Origin: Octopus bimaculoides | Taxonomy: Eukaryota | Assembly: GCF_001194135.2 (NCBI RefSeq) | Contig: NC_068981.1 | Coordinates: 7,109,774 to 7,145,989, forward strand | Reading direction: 5' to 3' | DNA: 36,216 nucleotides | Shown: positions 35,439-36,216 of the stretch, in pieces | How positions within the stretch are numbered: the stretch's first letter is position 1 | Layout: each line of letters starts with the position of its first letter | Made by a program: the position numbers and the translations under genes | Notes under the pieces: generated by a model | Database searches by the model: none | The model's input: the letters and a program-made list of their open reading frames with translations, nothing else | What the model was told of the DNA's origin: nothing

Positions 35439-35630
35439 GCGGCGAGCTGGCAGAATCGTTAGCACGCCGGGCGAAATGCTTAGCGGTATTTCGTCGCTCT
35501 TTTCATTCTTAGTTCAGATTCCACCGAGGTTGACTTTGCCTTTCATCCATTCGGAGTCAATAAATTAAGTACCAATTGTATATTGGGGTCGATCTAATCG
35601 ACTGGCCTCCTCCCCTAGAGTAGAAAAGAA
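35439..35630 (+). mobile_element. SINE family A copy 1 of tandem cluster
   Basis: GCGGCGAGCTGGCAGAATCGTTAGCACGCCGGGCGAAATGCTTAGCGGTATTTCG..GTTGACTTTGCCTTTCATCC..GGGGTCGATCTAATCGACTGG. Confidence 0.92.
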
Positions 35631-35833
35631 TCGTTAGCATGCTGGACGGAATGCTTAGCGGTATTTCGCCGGTCGCTAAGTTCTGAGTTCAAATTCTGCA
35701 GAGGCGGACTTTACTTTACATCTTTTCAGGGTTGATGAAGTAAGTACCACTGAAACACTGGGGTCGATGTATTCGACCAGTCCTCTCCCCATAAATTTCA
35801 GGACTTGCGCCTATAGTAGAAAGGATTATTATT
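35628..35833 (+). mobile_element. SINE family A copy 2 of tandem cluster
   Basis: GAATCGTTAGCATGCTGGACGGAATGCTTAGCGG..GTTCTGAGTTCAAATTC..GGGGTCGATGTATTCGACC..CCTATAGTAGAAAGGATTATTATT. Confidence 0.9.
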
Positions 35834-35839
35834 ACTATC

Positions 35840-36027
35840 AGCGTTCGGAATTGTTAGTGGCGAACGAATTTCTCCGGGGTCTTTACATTCTAAATCTCGC
35901 CCAAATTATCTCTGCTTGCCAACCTTACAGGATCGATAAAATATAGTACCAGTCAAGTACGAGGTCTAACAATCATCTTATGCATTCCCTTAAAAGATGC
36001 TGGCCTTGTGCCGAGGTTTGGAACCAT
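35840..36027 (+). mobile_element. SINE family A copy 3, heavily degraded
   Basis: GAATTGTTAG..GTCTTTACATTC..GATCGATAAAATATAGTACCAG..GCTGGCCTTGTGCCGAGGTTTGGAACC. Confidence 0.65.
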
Positions 36028-36111
36028 CTAATTTGATTCAATTATCCCAGACTTTAAGTTTCCTACCGGAAATGCGTTCCTCTGGCATCTCAGCCAAGAA
36101 CTTCTTCAACA

Positions 36112-36145
<34 letters not shown>

Positions 36146-36153
36146 TACACACA

Positions 36154-36186
<33 letters not shown>

Positions 36187-36216
36187 TAGTGTGTATGTTA
36201 AGAAATTTTGCAAAAT

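Overview
Eukaryotic, AT-rich, microsatellite-saturated non-coding DNA (intronic or intergenic) from a gapped short-read assembly, with nine N-runs, most flanked by simple repeats. The interspersed repeats match, from my recollection, the tRNA-derived SINE families and the RTE-type (GAT)n-tailed element abundant in octopod cephalopod genomes, so Octopus is the likely source (inference, not a database hit). I recognise no protein-coding gene, RNA gene, CRISPR array or autonomous transposon. Nearly all ORFs in the supplied track are microsatellite, N-gap or SINE read-through artefacts. Well-supported content: about 12 SINE copies or fragments in two main families (A, B) plus two copies of a third diverged family, one RTE-related 3' fragment, and a ~700 bp foldback element with ~230 bp inverted arms. 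There is also a perfect 45 bp inverted repeat, a perfect 19 bp hairpin between 14 bp direct repeats, and a SINE fragment between identical 43 bp direct repeats. Speculative content: phase-compatible candidate exons at 28.5-30.9 kb and a few promoter- or enhancer-like motif clusters. Nothing here is strong evidence of a novel biological system.
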